A DNA stretch of 64,000 nucleotides from Scyliorhinus canicula (Eukaryota): contig NC_052151.1 in assembly GCF_902713615.1 (NCBI RefSeq), forward strand, positions 104,057,304 to 104,121,303. Reading direction: 5' to 3'. A model generated the notes under the pieces. It had not been told where the DNA came from and searched no databases. It worked only from the letters and a program-made list of their open reading frames with translations. Below are positions 1 to 13,104 of the stretch, in pieces; position 1 is the stretch's first letter; each line of letters begins with the position of its first letter. The translations under genes were made by a program, and so were the position numbers.

Positions 1-83
1 ATGTGCAGGCTAGGTGGATTGGCCATGCTAAATTGCCCCTTAATTGGAAAAAATTAATTGGGTACTCTAAATTTAAAAAAAAA
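1..83 (+). mobile_element. 3' part of HE1/V-SINE (A/T-tail subtype)
   Basis: gatTGGCCATGCTAAATTGCCCCTTAATTGGAAAAA...GGGTACTCTAAATTT plus A-run, same tail as many other copies in the window. Confidence 0.85.
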
Positions 84-99
84 CAGTACGTGTTTAACA

Positions 100-290
100 T
101 ACTAAAATGTCCCACGGCACATTGTTGAACAGAAGTTGACATCCAAAACACAACAGAATATTACTGCAAATTGGGTTTAGTCAAAGAGGTAGGTTTAAGA
201 AGGATCTCAAAAGGAGAGAGTTGGAGAGGTTTAGGAAGGGAATCAGCAACTAAAGATCTAGTCCCCAACAGTGGAGTGTTTAAAATCGGG
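100..290 (-). mobile_element. Decayed L2-like LINE 3' fragment
   Basis: gaggtaggtttaagaagg...ggagaggtttaggaagggaatc resembles the reverse complement of shark L2 3' ends; recognition only. Confidence 0.4.
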
Positions 291-417
291 TATACCCAAT
301 GGCTAGTGTAGGAAAACATAAATATGATGGGGTTAAAGCCCAGCGAGCGGAGAATACTGCCCGAGGTCAATGGAATTTTCCATTGTTGGTGGCTCGCCCG
401 TGGTGTTCTTGAGGCAA

Positions 418-451
<34 letters not shown>

Positions 452-635
452 GTGGAAGAATTCGGCCCATACAGTAAAGCGTTATCAGATGCACACATGG
501 TGTTGATGCAATAATGTGGTCAGATCACATGACTAAGTAGTACGCAAGATCTTGGAGAGCCGGAGCTCACACCTCGTGTGGAAGTCCAAATGTGTAAATG
601 TTGTAAATATGTTCTGATTAAAAAGATATGGGCAC

Positions 636-2475
636 GGAGACGTCCGGTGGCGCCATGTAGGAGGAGGTCACACATTGGGTGGTTCCCACTAGAGCTTTTG
701 TTTTCTGAATGGTCTCCAGTATGGTTGTGGTAATTAGAAGATGTTGGAAGCCCAATGGAAGAATACAGGATTAAAAAGGAACATGCACTAGTCTGCCTGA
801 GATGTTGAGTTAGGTGTGGAGTGCTGTGGGAGGAAAGTTGACAGGAGCAAGCTTGCCGGGTGGAGCTGTGCCCATTACAGTGGACACGCTGGCCAAGGTG
901 ATGGTGGTAGAGTTTGAGCGGCTGTTTCCTAAGAATTTTAAGCGGCATGGAAAGGAGATGATGGGTACGCTGAAACAGTTGGTGATCATTATGGTGGGCC
1001 AATAAAGGAGGCCATTGAAAAAACATCAATGGCAGTGCAAGAGCAGGGAGAGATGTTGAAGGGGGTGGAGGAGGCATTGTCACAGCACAGCAATCAGCTC
1101 ACCTCGTTGGGCGAGGTGCTGCAGAAGGTGCAGGAGAACAATGAAGGGCTGAGAGCCAAGGTGGAGGACCAAGAATCTGCAGACCGTGGGACTGCCTGAG
1201 GGGCTGGAGAGCTGGAGGCTGACGGAATACTTTTCAGAGATGTTCGGGAAGTTGTTGGGGGAGGACGAGATCAATTCCCTCTTTGAGATGGAAATGGCTC
1301 ATTGGTCGCTCCGACCGAAACCGAAGACAAAAGATCCACCTCGAGCTGTGACAGTTTGTTTTCACAGCTAGCAGATGAAGGAGATGCCACTGAGATGGGC
1401 CAATTGAATAGAGAGGCAAGGTGGGAAGGCAATGGTATTCATATGTACCGAGACATCACATTGGAGCTGGCAAGACAGCGGGCAGCCTTTAACAGGGCAA
1501 GGTGTAGTGTGCGTTTAGGGGTGGTCTACCTGGCAAAGTTGAGTGTTGTGCATAACTTCAAGGATTTTTACTTTGAGACAGCGGAGGAGGCAGAGGCATT
1601 TGTGAGGACTGAAGGATTGGGACTGAATTGAGTTTGGACTTTGTTTTCTCATGTTGTGGTTGGGAGGGGTGATGTATTGGGGTTTTTCATGTGGGGTTGT
1701 TCAGAAGGGCTGAGTGCGGGGGTTCTGTTTGTTTTTTTGTACAAAGCATGTGGAGGAGGGGGCCACCTTGCTAGCGAACTTAAGTTGGCTGGTAAACGGG
1801 AGGGAGATGGAGGGAGCAGCAGAGGCTGCTCATGGCAGCAGGGCTGGGGGCCATGGTCATGACTGATAGGAAGGGGGGGGGGGGTTAACGACCCCAGTAT
1901 GAATGGTAATGTGGAACGTGCAGGATTGGGTGGACCAGTGAAGCGAGCAAGGGGTTTCTCGCATATGAAGAGCTTGAGAGCCGACATGGTGCTGTTGCTG
2001 GAAATCCATCTGAGTGTGAAGGACCAGGTTATGCTTCGGAAGGGCTGGGTAAGTCAGGTGTTCCACTCAGGCTTTGATAGCAGGGTAGTGGTACTAGTGG
2101 GTAAGTGGGTTAGGTTTCAGATGGAGATGGTGGTGGCAGATCAGGGGGGCAGATACTTTATAGTGACGGGTGCTTTGGAGGAGAGGTTGGTGATGTTAGT
2201 TTGTGTGTATGCCCCGAATTGGGATGACATAGGCTTTATGAAGGAGATATTGCCTGCCACAAAGTTTCAACACGCATCAGTTAATTTTAGGTGGAGACTT
2301 ACAACACTGTGTTGCATCCGAAGATGGATCGGTCTAAGCCACGCTCTTTGGCCCCTTCAGGGGTGGCGAAGGTGTTGGCAGCATTTATGAAGGAGATGTG
2401 GGGAACAGAAAGGTGGCAGTTCTTACATCTGGGTAAAAAGTGTATTCTTTTTTTCGTCAGTGCATAGTATATATG
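636..2475 (+). mobile_element. L1-clade LINE, 5' portion (5'UTR, ORF1, APE endonuclease of ORF2), degenerate and 3'-truncated
   Basis: ORF1 pieces 814-1631 (GLPEGLE...AHWSLRPKP...PRAVTVCFH; IHMYRDITLELARQRAAFN...FETAEEAEAFV) resemble L1 ORF1 RRM/CTD. 1899-2390 GLGGPVKRAR...LLEIHL...GRYFIVTG...VYAPNWDD is the APE domain. Stops and frameshifts present. Confidence 0.88.
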
Positions 2476-3174
2476 GCATAGTGTTTTGGCCTAAGTTTGT
2501 GGTGTGGGTTAAGTTGTAAAGAAATGAGTCAAAGACGAGTGTGTGTACGAATGAGGTGAATTCAGGATGAAATCAAACAAGAATGTACAGCAGGGTGGGG
2601 ACGGTTAGAGTGCACAACTGTGGGAAAAATAGGCCATTTCAAAACTGTTTGTCACCCGAAAACACTGACAACCAGCAAAAAGAGAGAGATAGTTTTAAAG
2701 CAAAGCATTGTAGTCAGTGGAAGAACCACAAGAACAGAAATGATCCTTCTTTGGGAAGATTAAAGGACGTTGAAAACCGGTACTGCTGGGTTCAACTCAA
2801 GGTGGATGGACACTCCCCACTCCAAACCCCGTTATAAAAAAGGGCACAGGTACTGGGTTTTTTAACTTTATCAGATAAAACACATAGCAAGACAAATTCC
2901 CAAAATTGTTCAGAGAGCTGGGAAAATTAAAGATCTGAGAACCACATCACCCTATGAGCTGATACTAAATTAATTTGCCTCCTTACCCCGAGGAAAGTCC
3001 TTCATCCATTCTTGGACAAAGTCACAGTCAATATAGAAAATATGGTTTTCTGATTGGTGTTCAGGTTTGGTTGCAGTCAGTCCCAATAGCCCTTTAAAAA
3101 TCTGCATGGATTTAACGGAGATGAACAAAGCTGTGGAACAGGAGATCTTCCTAATAGTCTCAGTGGACAAGAGT

Positions 3175-4640
3175 TCCTCCACACTTCCAAGAATCCTGCC
3201 TTTAACCCTGTATTCAGCATTCAAATTCGACCTTCCAAAAAGAATCACTTCACATTTATCTAGGTTGAACTCTATCTGCCATTTCTCAGCCCAGCTCTGC
3301 ATCCTGTCAATGTCCTGTTGTAACCTGCAACAGTCCTCAACACTATCTACAACTCCACCAACCTTCATGTCATCAGCAAACTTACTAACCCACCCTTCCA
3401 CTTCCCCATCCAAGTCATTTATAAAAATCACAAAGACGCCACTGGTCACCGACATCCAGGCAGAATACTTTCCATCCACTACCACTCGCTGTCTTCTTTC
3501 AGCCAGCCAATTCTGAATGCAGACAGCCAAACTTCCCTGTATCCCATGCCCCCTAACTTTCTGAATGAGCCTACCATGGGGAACCTTATCAAATGCCTTA
3601 CTGAAATCCATATACACCACATCCACTGTCCAACCTTCAATGTGTCTCATCACATCCTCAAAAAACTTAATGAGGGTTGTAAGGCATGACCTGTCCCTCA
3701 CAAAGCCATGCTGACTATCTTTGATCAAACTACATTTTTCTAAATCATAAATTTTATCTCTCAAAATCCTTTCCAGTATTTTGCTGACCAGAGACGGAAG
3801 ACTGACTGCTCTGTAATTCCCAGGGATTTCCCTTTCTTGAACAGGGGAACAACATTTTCCTCCCTCCCTCCAGTGGAGAGTGAGGACGCAAGGTTTATCG
3901 CCAACAGTGCAGTAATCTTCTCCTTCGCTTTCCATAGTAACCATGGGCATATCTCATTGGCCCTGGGGACTTATCTATCTTGATGCTTTTCAAAATTTCC
4001 AGCACAGCTCCTTCTTAATATCAACCTGTTCGAGCCCATTAACCTGGTTCACGCTGTTCTTATGAGCAACAAGGTCCCTCTCTCGAGTGAAGACAGAAGC
4101 AAAATATTCATTTAGGACCTCTCCCACCTCCTCAGACTCTAGGCACAAGTTCTCGCCACTATTCGTGATCAGCCTTACTCTCACTCTGTTCATCCTCTTA
4201 TTTCTCACACAATTATAGAATGCTTTGGGGTTTTCCCTAATCCTTCTCACCAGGGTTTTTTCTTGCCCCCTTCTAGCTGTCCATTTTTGAGTTCATTTCT
4301 GGCTCCCTTGTAACCCTCTAGAGTCGTGCCAGATCCTTGCTTCCCCAACCAGAAGTAAGCTTTCTTCTTCCTCTTGACTGGAAGCTCCACTTCTCTTGTT
4401 ATCCAAGGCTCCTTCACCTTACCATTCCTTCCTCGTCTCAGTGAGACAAAACTATCCAGCACTCGCAGCAAGTGCTCCTTAAACAACCCCCACATTACTG
4501 TTGTGCATTTCCCCAAAAACATCCATTCCCAATTTATGCTCCTCAGTTCCTGTCGAACAACAGTATAATTTTCACTCCCCCAGTGAAATACCTTCCCATA
4601 CTGTCTGTTCCTATCCCGCTCCATGATGATGGTAAACGTC
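3175..4640 (-). mobile_element. CR1 LINE ORF2 fragment (RT), degenerate
   Basis: NYRAVSLPSLVSKILE, QHGFVRDRSCLT, DVVYMDFSKAFDKVPH, KFADDMKVGG, FNLDKCEVILFG; upstream pieces 3990-4657. Confidence 0.92.
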
Positions 4641-5095
4641 GTTGGAATGGTGAACAAGTGTTCATGTTCCTACAATTTGCAGAGGTCAATTAGCCTTTGA
4701 GATAGCTTTTGAGACAGGGTCAACAGTGGTGGTAGAAAATGGACCAGCAAGTGCTTTTGGAAAGATTAAACAACTTTCAACCTCTTTTGAAATTAAGGCC
4801 CAGGCTGACCAACCACGGTAGCAGCAGATGCGAATTATCTACAGGTTTGGGGGAAGTACTATTTCAAGGGCAAAAAGATGGCAAAGATACAATGGCAAAG
4901 ATGGCAATGCTTCTAACCTGTTTCTGCCAGTGAGCGAATGAAAGCCACAGTTGGAAATTAAACTTTAGCAGCAACATGGGTGTGTAGAAAAAGTTCAGAT
5001 TATGTTATGGGATTATGTCTCAAAGCAGACCAAACACCATGAGTCCCTCTTCTGACCATGTAAGAAATTGAGAGGCTGCTGCTCAGAAAGATTCA

Positions 5096-5294
5096 CAGTA
5101 AAAAGTCTTACAACACCAGGTTAAAGTCCAACAGGTTTGTTTCAAACACGAGCTTTTGGAGTGCAGCTCCTTCTTCACCCGAGGAAGGAGCTGCGCTCCG
5201 AAAACTCGTGTTTGAAACAAACCTGTTGGACTTTAACCTGGTGTTGTAAGACTTCTTACTGTGCTCACCCCAGTCCAACACCGGCATCTCCACA
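5096..5294. mobile_element. Palindromic Penelope-derived (pLTR-like) non-autonomous element with degenerate hammerhead motif
   Basis: Two inverted arms meet at ...ccttcttcacccgaggaagg... Flanked by the 13-bp direct repeat tcagaaagattca (5083-5095, 5295-5307). Confidence 0.8.
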
Positions 5295-5503
5295 TCAGAA
5301 AGATTCAGACAAAGATGGACAAGTTGGGACTCGATCACAGTTTGTGAAAGGAAAATGCTGAACAACAGACACATCATCAGAAGGAATCAATTAGGTGGTT
5401 TTAAACTTCATTGAGGAGTTGAAGCATCTACATCCTTAATCAATCAGCATAAATCAGCTCCTACAAAAATGGTGCATTAAGTAAAATTAGCCCAGTTAAA
5501 CTC

Positions 5504-5970
5504 GGGCGGCAGTAGCACACTAGTTAGCACTGCTGCCTCACAGCTCCAAGGACCCGGCTTCAAATCCGGCCTCAGGTGACTGTAATAATAATAATCTTTA
5601 TCAGTGTCACAAGTAGACTTTCATTAACACTGCAATAAAGTTGCTGGCCGCCACATTCTGGCGCCTGTTCAGGTACACCGAGGGAGAATTCAGAATGTCC
5701 AAATTACCCAACTTTGTGTGGAGTTTGCACTTTCTCCCCTTCTCTGCTTAGGTTTCCTCTGGGTGCTTCGGTTTCCTCCAGTGCTCCAGAGAAGTGCAGG
5801 TTAGATGGATTAGCCACGCTAAATAGCCCCTTAGGGTCCAGGGATGTGTAGGATAGGTAGGGTTACAGGGCTAGGGTGGAGGAGTGGGCTTTAGGAGGGT
5901 ACTCTTTCCAAGTGCCGGTGCAGACTTGATGGGCCAAATAGCCTTATTCTGTACTGTAGGGATTCTATGA
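5504..5970 (+). mobile_element. HE1/V-SINE (CR1-type tail) interrupted by a minus-strand SINE 3' fragment at about 5583-5710
   Basis: tRNA-like head (ttagcactgctgcctcacag...cttcaaatcc), V-core gtgtggagtttgcac, tail gggattctatga; insert starts (taa)n tctttatcagtgtcacaagtag. Confidence 0.85.
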
Positions 5971-6091
5971 TCTAGCCACGAAAAATGTCTTAAAATCTGT
6001 GAATATTGTCTGGAAGGATTACCAGACTATACCCCCCCTTAATCCAATACGGCACCAATATTTTGAACAGTGATTTAGCATCACTGTTATT

Positions 6092-7811
6092 TTTTTTATT
6101 TGGGCATTTGCAAGTTTTTATAATAATAACAATGCCATGAACATGATACAATAAACCTCCCCCCCCCCCCCCCATCCCAATCTTTACACACCCCAACCAT
6201 GAAACAACAATCCAGCCCTCTTAATCCCACCTCCTTTGGAATTCTACGTCTGCCGACATTTTAATTTTCCCCGAGAAAGTCAACGAATGCCTGCCACCTC
6301 CGGGTGAACCCTACCATTGACCCTCTTAAGGTAAACTTTATTTTCTCAACCCAGCTGTGTCACTAACCCAGGTCTCTACACTAGGGAGCTTACATTCTCT
6401 CCACATTAATAAGATCCGTCTCCGGGCTAGCAGCGAGGCAAAGGCCAAGACGTTGGCCTCTTTTGTCCCCGAAACACCCAGCTCTTCCAACACTCCATAG
6501 ATCGCCACCTCCGGAGTTGGCACCACCCGTGTTTTGAGTACCATGGACATTGCCTGAGCGAACCCCTGCCAGAATCCTCTGAGCTTCGGGCATGCCCAAA
6601 ACATGTGGACATGATTTGCTGCGCTTCCCGCGCACCTCGTACACCTGTCCTCTCTCGCGAAAAGTTTGCTCATCCGGGCCACAGTCATGTGTGCCCGGTA
6701 GACTACCAGGAATTGTATCAGGCTAAGTCTGGCACATGATGAGGATGCATTAACCCTGCTTAGGGCATCCACCCACAGACCCACCTCTATCTTTCCTCCT
6801 AGCTCGTCCTCCCACTTGCCCTCGAGCTCCTCCACCGGGGTTTCCTCCACCTCCCTAAGCTCCTGGTAAATATCTGATACCTTTCCCTCTCCTCTCCCAC
6901 GAGGTACTGGAGACAACTCGTGCTGTATCCCCCGTAGCGGCAGCAGTGGGAAGGCCGGAACCTGCTTTCTCAAGAAGTCTTGCACCTGCAAATACCAAAA
7001 CCCGTTCCCTGCTGGCAATTCAAATTTATCCTCCAATGTTTTCAAGCTGGGAAAGCTCCCATTTATAAATAGATCCCCCATCCTTCTAATTCCTGCCCTT
7101 TGCCATCTCTGGGACCCACCATCCAGCCTACCCAGTACACACCGATGATCGTTATAAATCAGGGTCCAAACCGATGCTCCCTCCACTCTCTTGTATCTCC
7201 TCCACTGCCCCCAGATTCTCAGAGCCACCACCACCACCGGACTTGTGGAGTATCGGGCCGGCGAGAATGGAAGAGGTGCTGTTATCAATGCTCCCAAACT
7301 TGTGTCTTTGCATGATGCCGCCTCCATCTGCTCCCATATTGACCTCTCCCACACTACCCACCTCCTAATCATGGCTATATTAGCCGCCCAGTTATAATTG
7401 CAGAAGTTCGGCAGCGCCAACCCACCGTCCCCACCGACTGCGCAACACTTTCTTCACTCACGGGGTTTTACCCGCCCACACAAAGCCCGAAATACTCTTA
7501 TTCACCCACTTGAAAAAAGGTCCTTGGGATGAAGATGGGGAGGCACTGAAAGACAAACAGAAATCTGGGGAGGACCATCATTTTCATGGTCTGTACCCTC
7601 CCGCCAGTGATAGTGGGAGCATGTTCCATCTCTTAAAGTCTTCTTACATTTATTCTACCAGCCGGGATAGGTTTAACTTGTGCAGTGCTTCCCATTCCCG
7701 GGACACCTGGATTCCCAGATACCGAAAGCTCTTTCCTACCATTCTAAGCGGCAGCTCTACCAGTCTCTTCTCCTGCCCTCTTGCCTGAATCACAAACATC
7801 TCGCTACTCTC

Positions 7812-7843
<32 letters not shown>

Positions 7844-8634
7844 ATGTTCAATTTATACCCTGAAAAATTGCCAAATTGCCCCAGGATTCGCATGATTTTC
7901 CTCAACCCCTTCAATGGGTCCGAAATATACAAGAGCAGGTCAACTGCTAATTCCACTCCACCCGATCAAAAGCCTTCTCTGCATCCATCGCTACCGCCAC
8001 CTCCACCTCCTCTCCTCCTGAGGGCAGCATAATACCATTTAAAAGCTTTGAACATCGGCCTAGAGTTGCCTGTCCTTTACAAATCCCGTATGGTCCTCCC
8101 CTATCACCCCCGGGATACAGCCCTCTATCTCTGTGGCCAGTATCTTAGCCAGCAGTTTGGCGTCCACATTCAGTCAAGTAATTGGCCTGTCTGACCCACA
8201 TTGCTCCGGATCCTTTTGCCGTTTCAGGTTCAATGAAATCGAGGCCTGCGACATTGATGGGGGAAGGACTTCCTTCTCTCTTGCTTCATTAAATGTCCTC
8301 ACCAGCAGTGGGCTCAATATCTCTGAACACATCTTATAGAATTCCACCAGGTAGCCTTCAGGCCCCGGGGCCTTGCCAACTGCATGCCCTCCAGCCCCTC
8401 GATTATTTCCTCAATCTCAATCGGGGCTCACAGCCCTTCCACCAGGTCCTCACCTACCTCGGAAACCTCAACTGACCCAAAAACTGCCTCATCCCCTCCA
8501 CCCCAGCCAGGGGTCCCGACTCATAATTTGCTGTAAAAGTCCTCAAACACCTCATTCACCCCAACTGGGTCCAGGACAGTATTCCCACCTCTACTCTTTA
8601 CTCTCCTCATCGCCCTGGCCTCCTCACTTACGCG
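6092..8634 (-). mobile_element. L1-clade LINE, 5'-truncated (RT C-terminal part, zf-RVT, 3'UTR, poly-A)
   Basis: ORF 6338-7420 LALPN...YNWAA...CTRCAGSAANHVHMFWAC; A-tail with AATAAA at about 6092-6101; 11-bp TSD tcactgttatt at 6081-6091 and 8635-8645. Confidence 0.92.
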
Positions 8635-8799
8635 TCACTGTTATTAATGACTTACTAGTTTTCTATGGAGATTAGTCACAGTGAGAACCCATTGGCTTCA
8701 TGGTCTTCAAAAACTTCACCAAGGGCATTTAGAAATTCCAAATATGTGCAAGGGCACAATCAGTCTGGTACCAAGAATTACACATCCAATTGAAGAAAT

Positions 8800-11700
8800 T
8801 ATTTCTTTTGTTTTTAAATGTATCTTGTTACAAACATGTATCAAAGCAGGTTATAGCAAATAAACACCCGGTGAAACATACTTCCCGACAATCAACTATA
8901 TAGTCTGTACAGATTTTTCACCTTTTTCATCATCCTCCCCCCACCAATGAACAGCTCCTCAAACACGGTCACAAATATCCCCCACCTTTTCTCAAACTCC
9001 CCTGCTGAGCCCCTTAACTCATACTTCATCTTCTCTAACCGCAGGAAGTCGTACAGGTCACCCAACCATGCCGCTACCCCAGTGGCGATGCCGACGACCA
9101 TCAACAAAATTTGCCGCCGTGGAAACAGCGGGGCGAACCGCTAAACACATATGCTTCATTTGCTGTCCCGCGTTCACACCTCTCACACTCATCTGCTACC
9201 CCCTGAAAGAACCCACTCATTCTCGCCCGAGTCATATGCACCCTGTGCACCACCTTAAACTGTATCAGGCTCATTCTTGCACAAGAGGAGGTCCCATTTA
9301 CCTTTCGCAGTGCCTCACTCCATTGGTCTCTCCTCCCACTTGGTCTCTCCTCCCACTTGGTCTCTCCTCCCACTTGGTCTCTCCTCCCACTTGGTCTCTC
9401 CTCCCACTTGGTCTCTCCTCCCACTTGGTCTCTCCTCCCACTTGGTCTCTCCTCCCACTTGGTCTCTCCTCCCACTTGGTCTCTCCTCCCACTTGGTCTC
9501 TCCTCCCACTTGGTCTCTCCTCCCACTTGGTCTCTCCTCCCACTTGGTCTCTCCTCCCACTTGGTCTCTCCTCCCACTTGGTCTCTCCTCCCACTTGGTC
9601 TCTCCTCCCACTTGGTCTCTCCTCCCAACTCCGCTTTCCATTTCTCCAGGATCTTCACCACCCGCTCACCTCCCTGTTCCCCCAGCCACTTAGCTCCTCT
9701 AGACTGGCGAACCCTTCCTCCAAATACAAACCGCTCACCTTGACCAATCCCACTTCCCTCCACCTCCTGGATACACTATCCATCCCCCCTGGCTCAAACT
9801 CATAATTCTCGCACAGCCCTGAAATGCCTCCTCAGCTTATTCCATATCTTCACCGTGGACTGCACTGAGCTCCCTGAATACCTACTCAGAGCCATTGGCA
9901 ATGCTGCCGTCACCATAGCCCTCAAACTAGACCCTTACAAGAGTCCTCTTCCATCCTAACCCACTCTACCCCTTCTCCTTCCCACCACCGCCGCATCTTG
10001 TCCACATTCGCCACCCAATAATAATGAAGCAAGTTTGGCAACGCTAACACCCCCCTGCTGCCTCTGCAGCAGGGTCCTCCCCACCCTCGGCACCTTCCCC
10101 GCCCATACAAAGTCAGAGATGATTGTGTCCAGTTTCCGAAAAAAGGCCTTTGGTATAAAGATCAGAGAGCCTGAAATACAAACAAGAAACTTGGCCGAAT
10201 ATTCATTTTCATCACTTGGATCCTCCCTGCCAACGTTAAGTGCAGTGAGTCCCAGCTCCTAAGATCCTCCCTGGCCTCCTCCACCAGCTTCGTTAAGTTC
10301 CACTTATGGAGCCCTGTCCATTCCCTCGCTACCTGAATCCCCAAGTACATAAACCTATTCCTCGCTACCATAAATAGCATCCCCCTTAAATTATCCCGCT
10401 GTGCGAGTTCATTTACAGGGAATACCTTACTTTTCCCTACATTCAGTATGTGCCGTGAACCCTCCAAATCTCCCCAACAGGCCCATAATTCTTCCCATAC
10501 TCTCCAACGGATCAGAAACATACAGCAAGAGGTCATCGGCAAAGAGCGACACCCGATGCTCCCTGTCCCCTCATAATCCCCTGCCCCTCCACCGACCCCA
10601 TGAGAGCCATCACCAACGGCTCTATGGCAAGCATAAATAGCAGCGGCATCATTGAGCCTCTCTGCCTTGAACCGCTGTGTAAGTCAAAGCGTCGTGAGCT
10701 CATGATTCGTCCTCACCCTCGCCCTTGGTGCCACATACAGCACACACACCCATGCCACAAATCCCTGCCCAAAACAAAAAATTCCCAAAACATCGAACAA
10801 GTACTGCCATTCCACCCGATCAAATGCCTTCTCTGCGTCCATGGGCACCATCAGATCCGGTACCAGAGCTCCCGATGGATTCATCATCACATTCAACAGC
10901 CGTCTTACATTACTCGTGAGCTGCTTGCCCGCCACGAAGCCTATTTGATCGTCTGCAACCATCTCCGGGACACACTCCTCCATCCACTCTGCCAACAACT
11001 TAGCCAATGCTTTCACATCCGTGTTCAATTGTGATGTGGGTATCTAGGACCCATATTCCACCGGATCCTTTCTTCTTTTGGGATTAATGTGATTACTGCC
11101 TGCTTCATCATCTCCGGCAATTCCCCCTTCCCCAGTGCTTCATTAAACACTCCCAACAGATGTGGTGCCAGGTCCGTCGCAAATCCCTTTAAAAATTCCG
11201 TCGGGTACCCATCTGGCCCAGGGGCCTTCCCTAACTTCATACCCCTGATACTATACGGCACCTCCCTCAGCCCCAGGGGCTCCTCCAACGCCTGCCTCTT
11301 TGCTTCCTCCACCTGGGGAAATTTCAGCTCATCCAGAAACAGCCCCATGTCCCCCGCATCGACCTCAAAGTCCCTGGCAGTACTCTCCAAATGCCTCATT
11401 TATCTTCCCTGGCTCTGACACCACATCCCCAGCCCCAGTTCATATCTTCAATATTTCTCTGGGCGCAGCTTGCCTCCGCAGCTGGTGCGCCAGCATGCGG
11501 CTCGCCTTCTCCCCATACTCTTATTGCACCCCTCTTTCCCTACACAGTTGCCCTACCGCCCTCCCCATTGTCAGCCTGTCAAACTGCCCCTGCAGCTTTT
11601 CCTCCTCGCCAATCCCTCCACGGTGGGCACCCTCGAATATTCGCTGTCCACCTCCACTCGCTCACTTGACGGTCATGTTCCACTCTCCTTTCCTTATCCG

Positions 11701-12410
11701 CACGAGCCTTTAAAAATATTATTTCTCCCCTGACTACTGCCTTCAGTGCTTCCCAAAAAATGGCTGTTGACACCTCCCCATTCTGATTCAACACATACTC
11801 AATCGCCGCCCACACCTCATCACAAAAACCTCCATTTGCCAACAACCCCAAGTCAAACTTCCACCCCAGCCTCTGCTCTCATCCCGTTCTAAACTGCATC
11901 TCCAGCCAGTGTGGTGCATGGTCCGAGATAACTAACCCCACATACTCTGCCCCCTCCACCTAACCAAAGTCTCCCGACTCACTACAAAGTATTCAATCCT
12001 CGAACACACCTTATGGATGTGTGAAAAGGAGGAATACTCCCTTCCCCCTGGGCTCTGATTCACCATACCCATCCTCTCCAGAAACTTCTCCAGTTCCCTT
12101 GCCATTCGTACCCTACCCATCAACCTGGGGCTTGACCCATCCACCCTTGGCTCGAGGACACATTTAAAATCTCCTCCCATGATCAACTGTTGCGTGGCCA
12201 AATCCGGGATTGCTGCCGGCAACCCCCTCATAAAACCCACGTCATCCCAATTTGGGGCATACTCCTTTACCAATACTACCGGTGTCCCTTCCAATACCCC
12301 ACTCACAATCACATATCTCCCACCCAGATCCCTCACCTCCTTCGTACTCACAAATCCCATTTTTTTTGCTTTGCTCATTAAAGTCGTCACCCCCCTCGAT
12401 TTCCCCAATC
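8800..12410 (-). mobile_element. L1-clade LINE ORF2 (APE to zf-RVT) plus 3'UTR, 5'-truncated, degenerate
   Basis: GRYVIVSG...YAPNWDD...GGDFKCVL; GKAPGPDGYPTEF; MDAEKAFDRVEW; YLGIQV; LALPNLLHYYW; CERCERG. Confidence 0.92.
9323..9627. repeat. Perfect minisatellite (TTGGTCTCTCCTCCCAC), about 18 copies, inside L1 ORF2
   Basis: 17 full 17-bp units from 9323 plus a 16-bp final unit at 9612-9627; no variant units seen. Confidence 0.97.
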
Positions 12411-13104
12411 CTCATCACGATGAATTGGTTTCTCACGAAAGTTATTGATGGGCAGGAGATTGAGAATACAGCTTCCATCTTTGACATTAAAAAAACAAAC
12501 TTAATATCACAAGAATGACCACAAGAGGGTTAAATCGCATGAGGATGAACAGAGAAGCATTCAGGCTCAGAACTTTAATCATAGGCACAGAACAAATGTG
12601 TTACCAGTGCTGAAGTTCAGAGAGAGAATATGGGCGAGAGAACAACACAGAGAAGGTACAATCATTGAAAAATCTCTGCAACCAAGATGGTATTGGGCTG
12701 AGATGTGCTGGGGTATCATACAGAGAACTGCAGGGCCTTAATATTCTTGAAACAAAAACCAACAGAAACTTAGATTACTATTCAGATCCTGAAAAAGTGG
12801 AAAGACCTTGCACAGGCCCTGCAGTCACACAGGAGAAGAACACTCGCACCAACAAAAGGGAGTATTGAATATCCGTGACCTAAAAAGGTCAGAACAACAT
12901 CAGGGTGATGAAGTAAAGCATCCGAGAAACTAAGGAGTCTGAGACTTTGAAGGGTGATGTAGGAAAATGCAAGGATAAAGACTCAGTGGATGGAGGGTTG
13001 TATACTGGAGGGTTAACAACAGAAACTTACAGGATGTTGTTTTAATAATGAGGTCAGGTTACATCATTGAATACTGAGAGATCCGAAAGAGAACAGAAGC
13101 TCTT

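Noticed and set aside
335-470. Fragment with ggagaatactgccc / gaagaattcggccc resembling GGGC-TIR MITE ends
   Set aside because: Left TIR and TSD not identifiable; too decayed to call.
2970-3175. ENHIFYIDCDFVQEW at the end of the 326-aa ORF resembling a zf-RVT motif
   Set aside because: Read-through beyond the CR1 fragment into unrelated sequence; similarity too weak.
9068-9805. Six overlapping repetitive ORFs (WEERPSGRRDQVGGETK / SHLVSPPTWSLLPLGLS)
   Set aside because: They result from the stop-free 17-bp minisatellite. Not a gene, and not CRISPR because there are no spacers.
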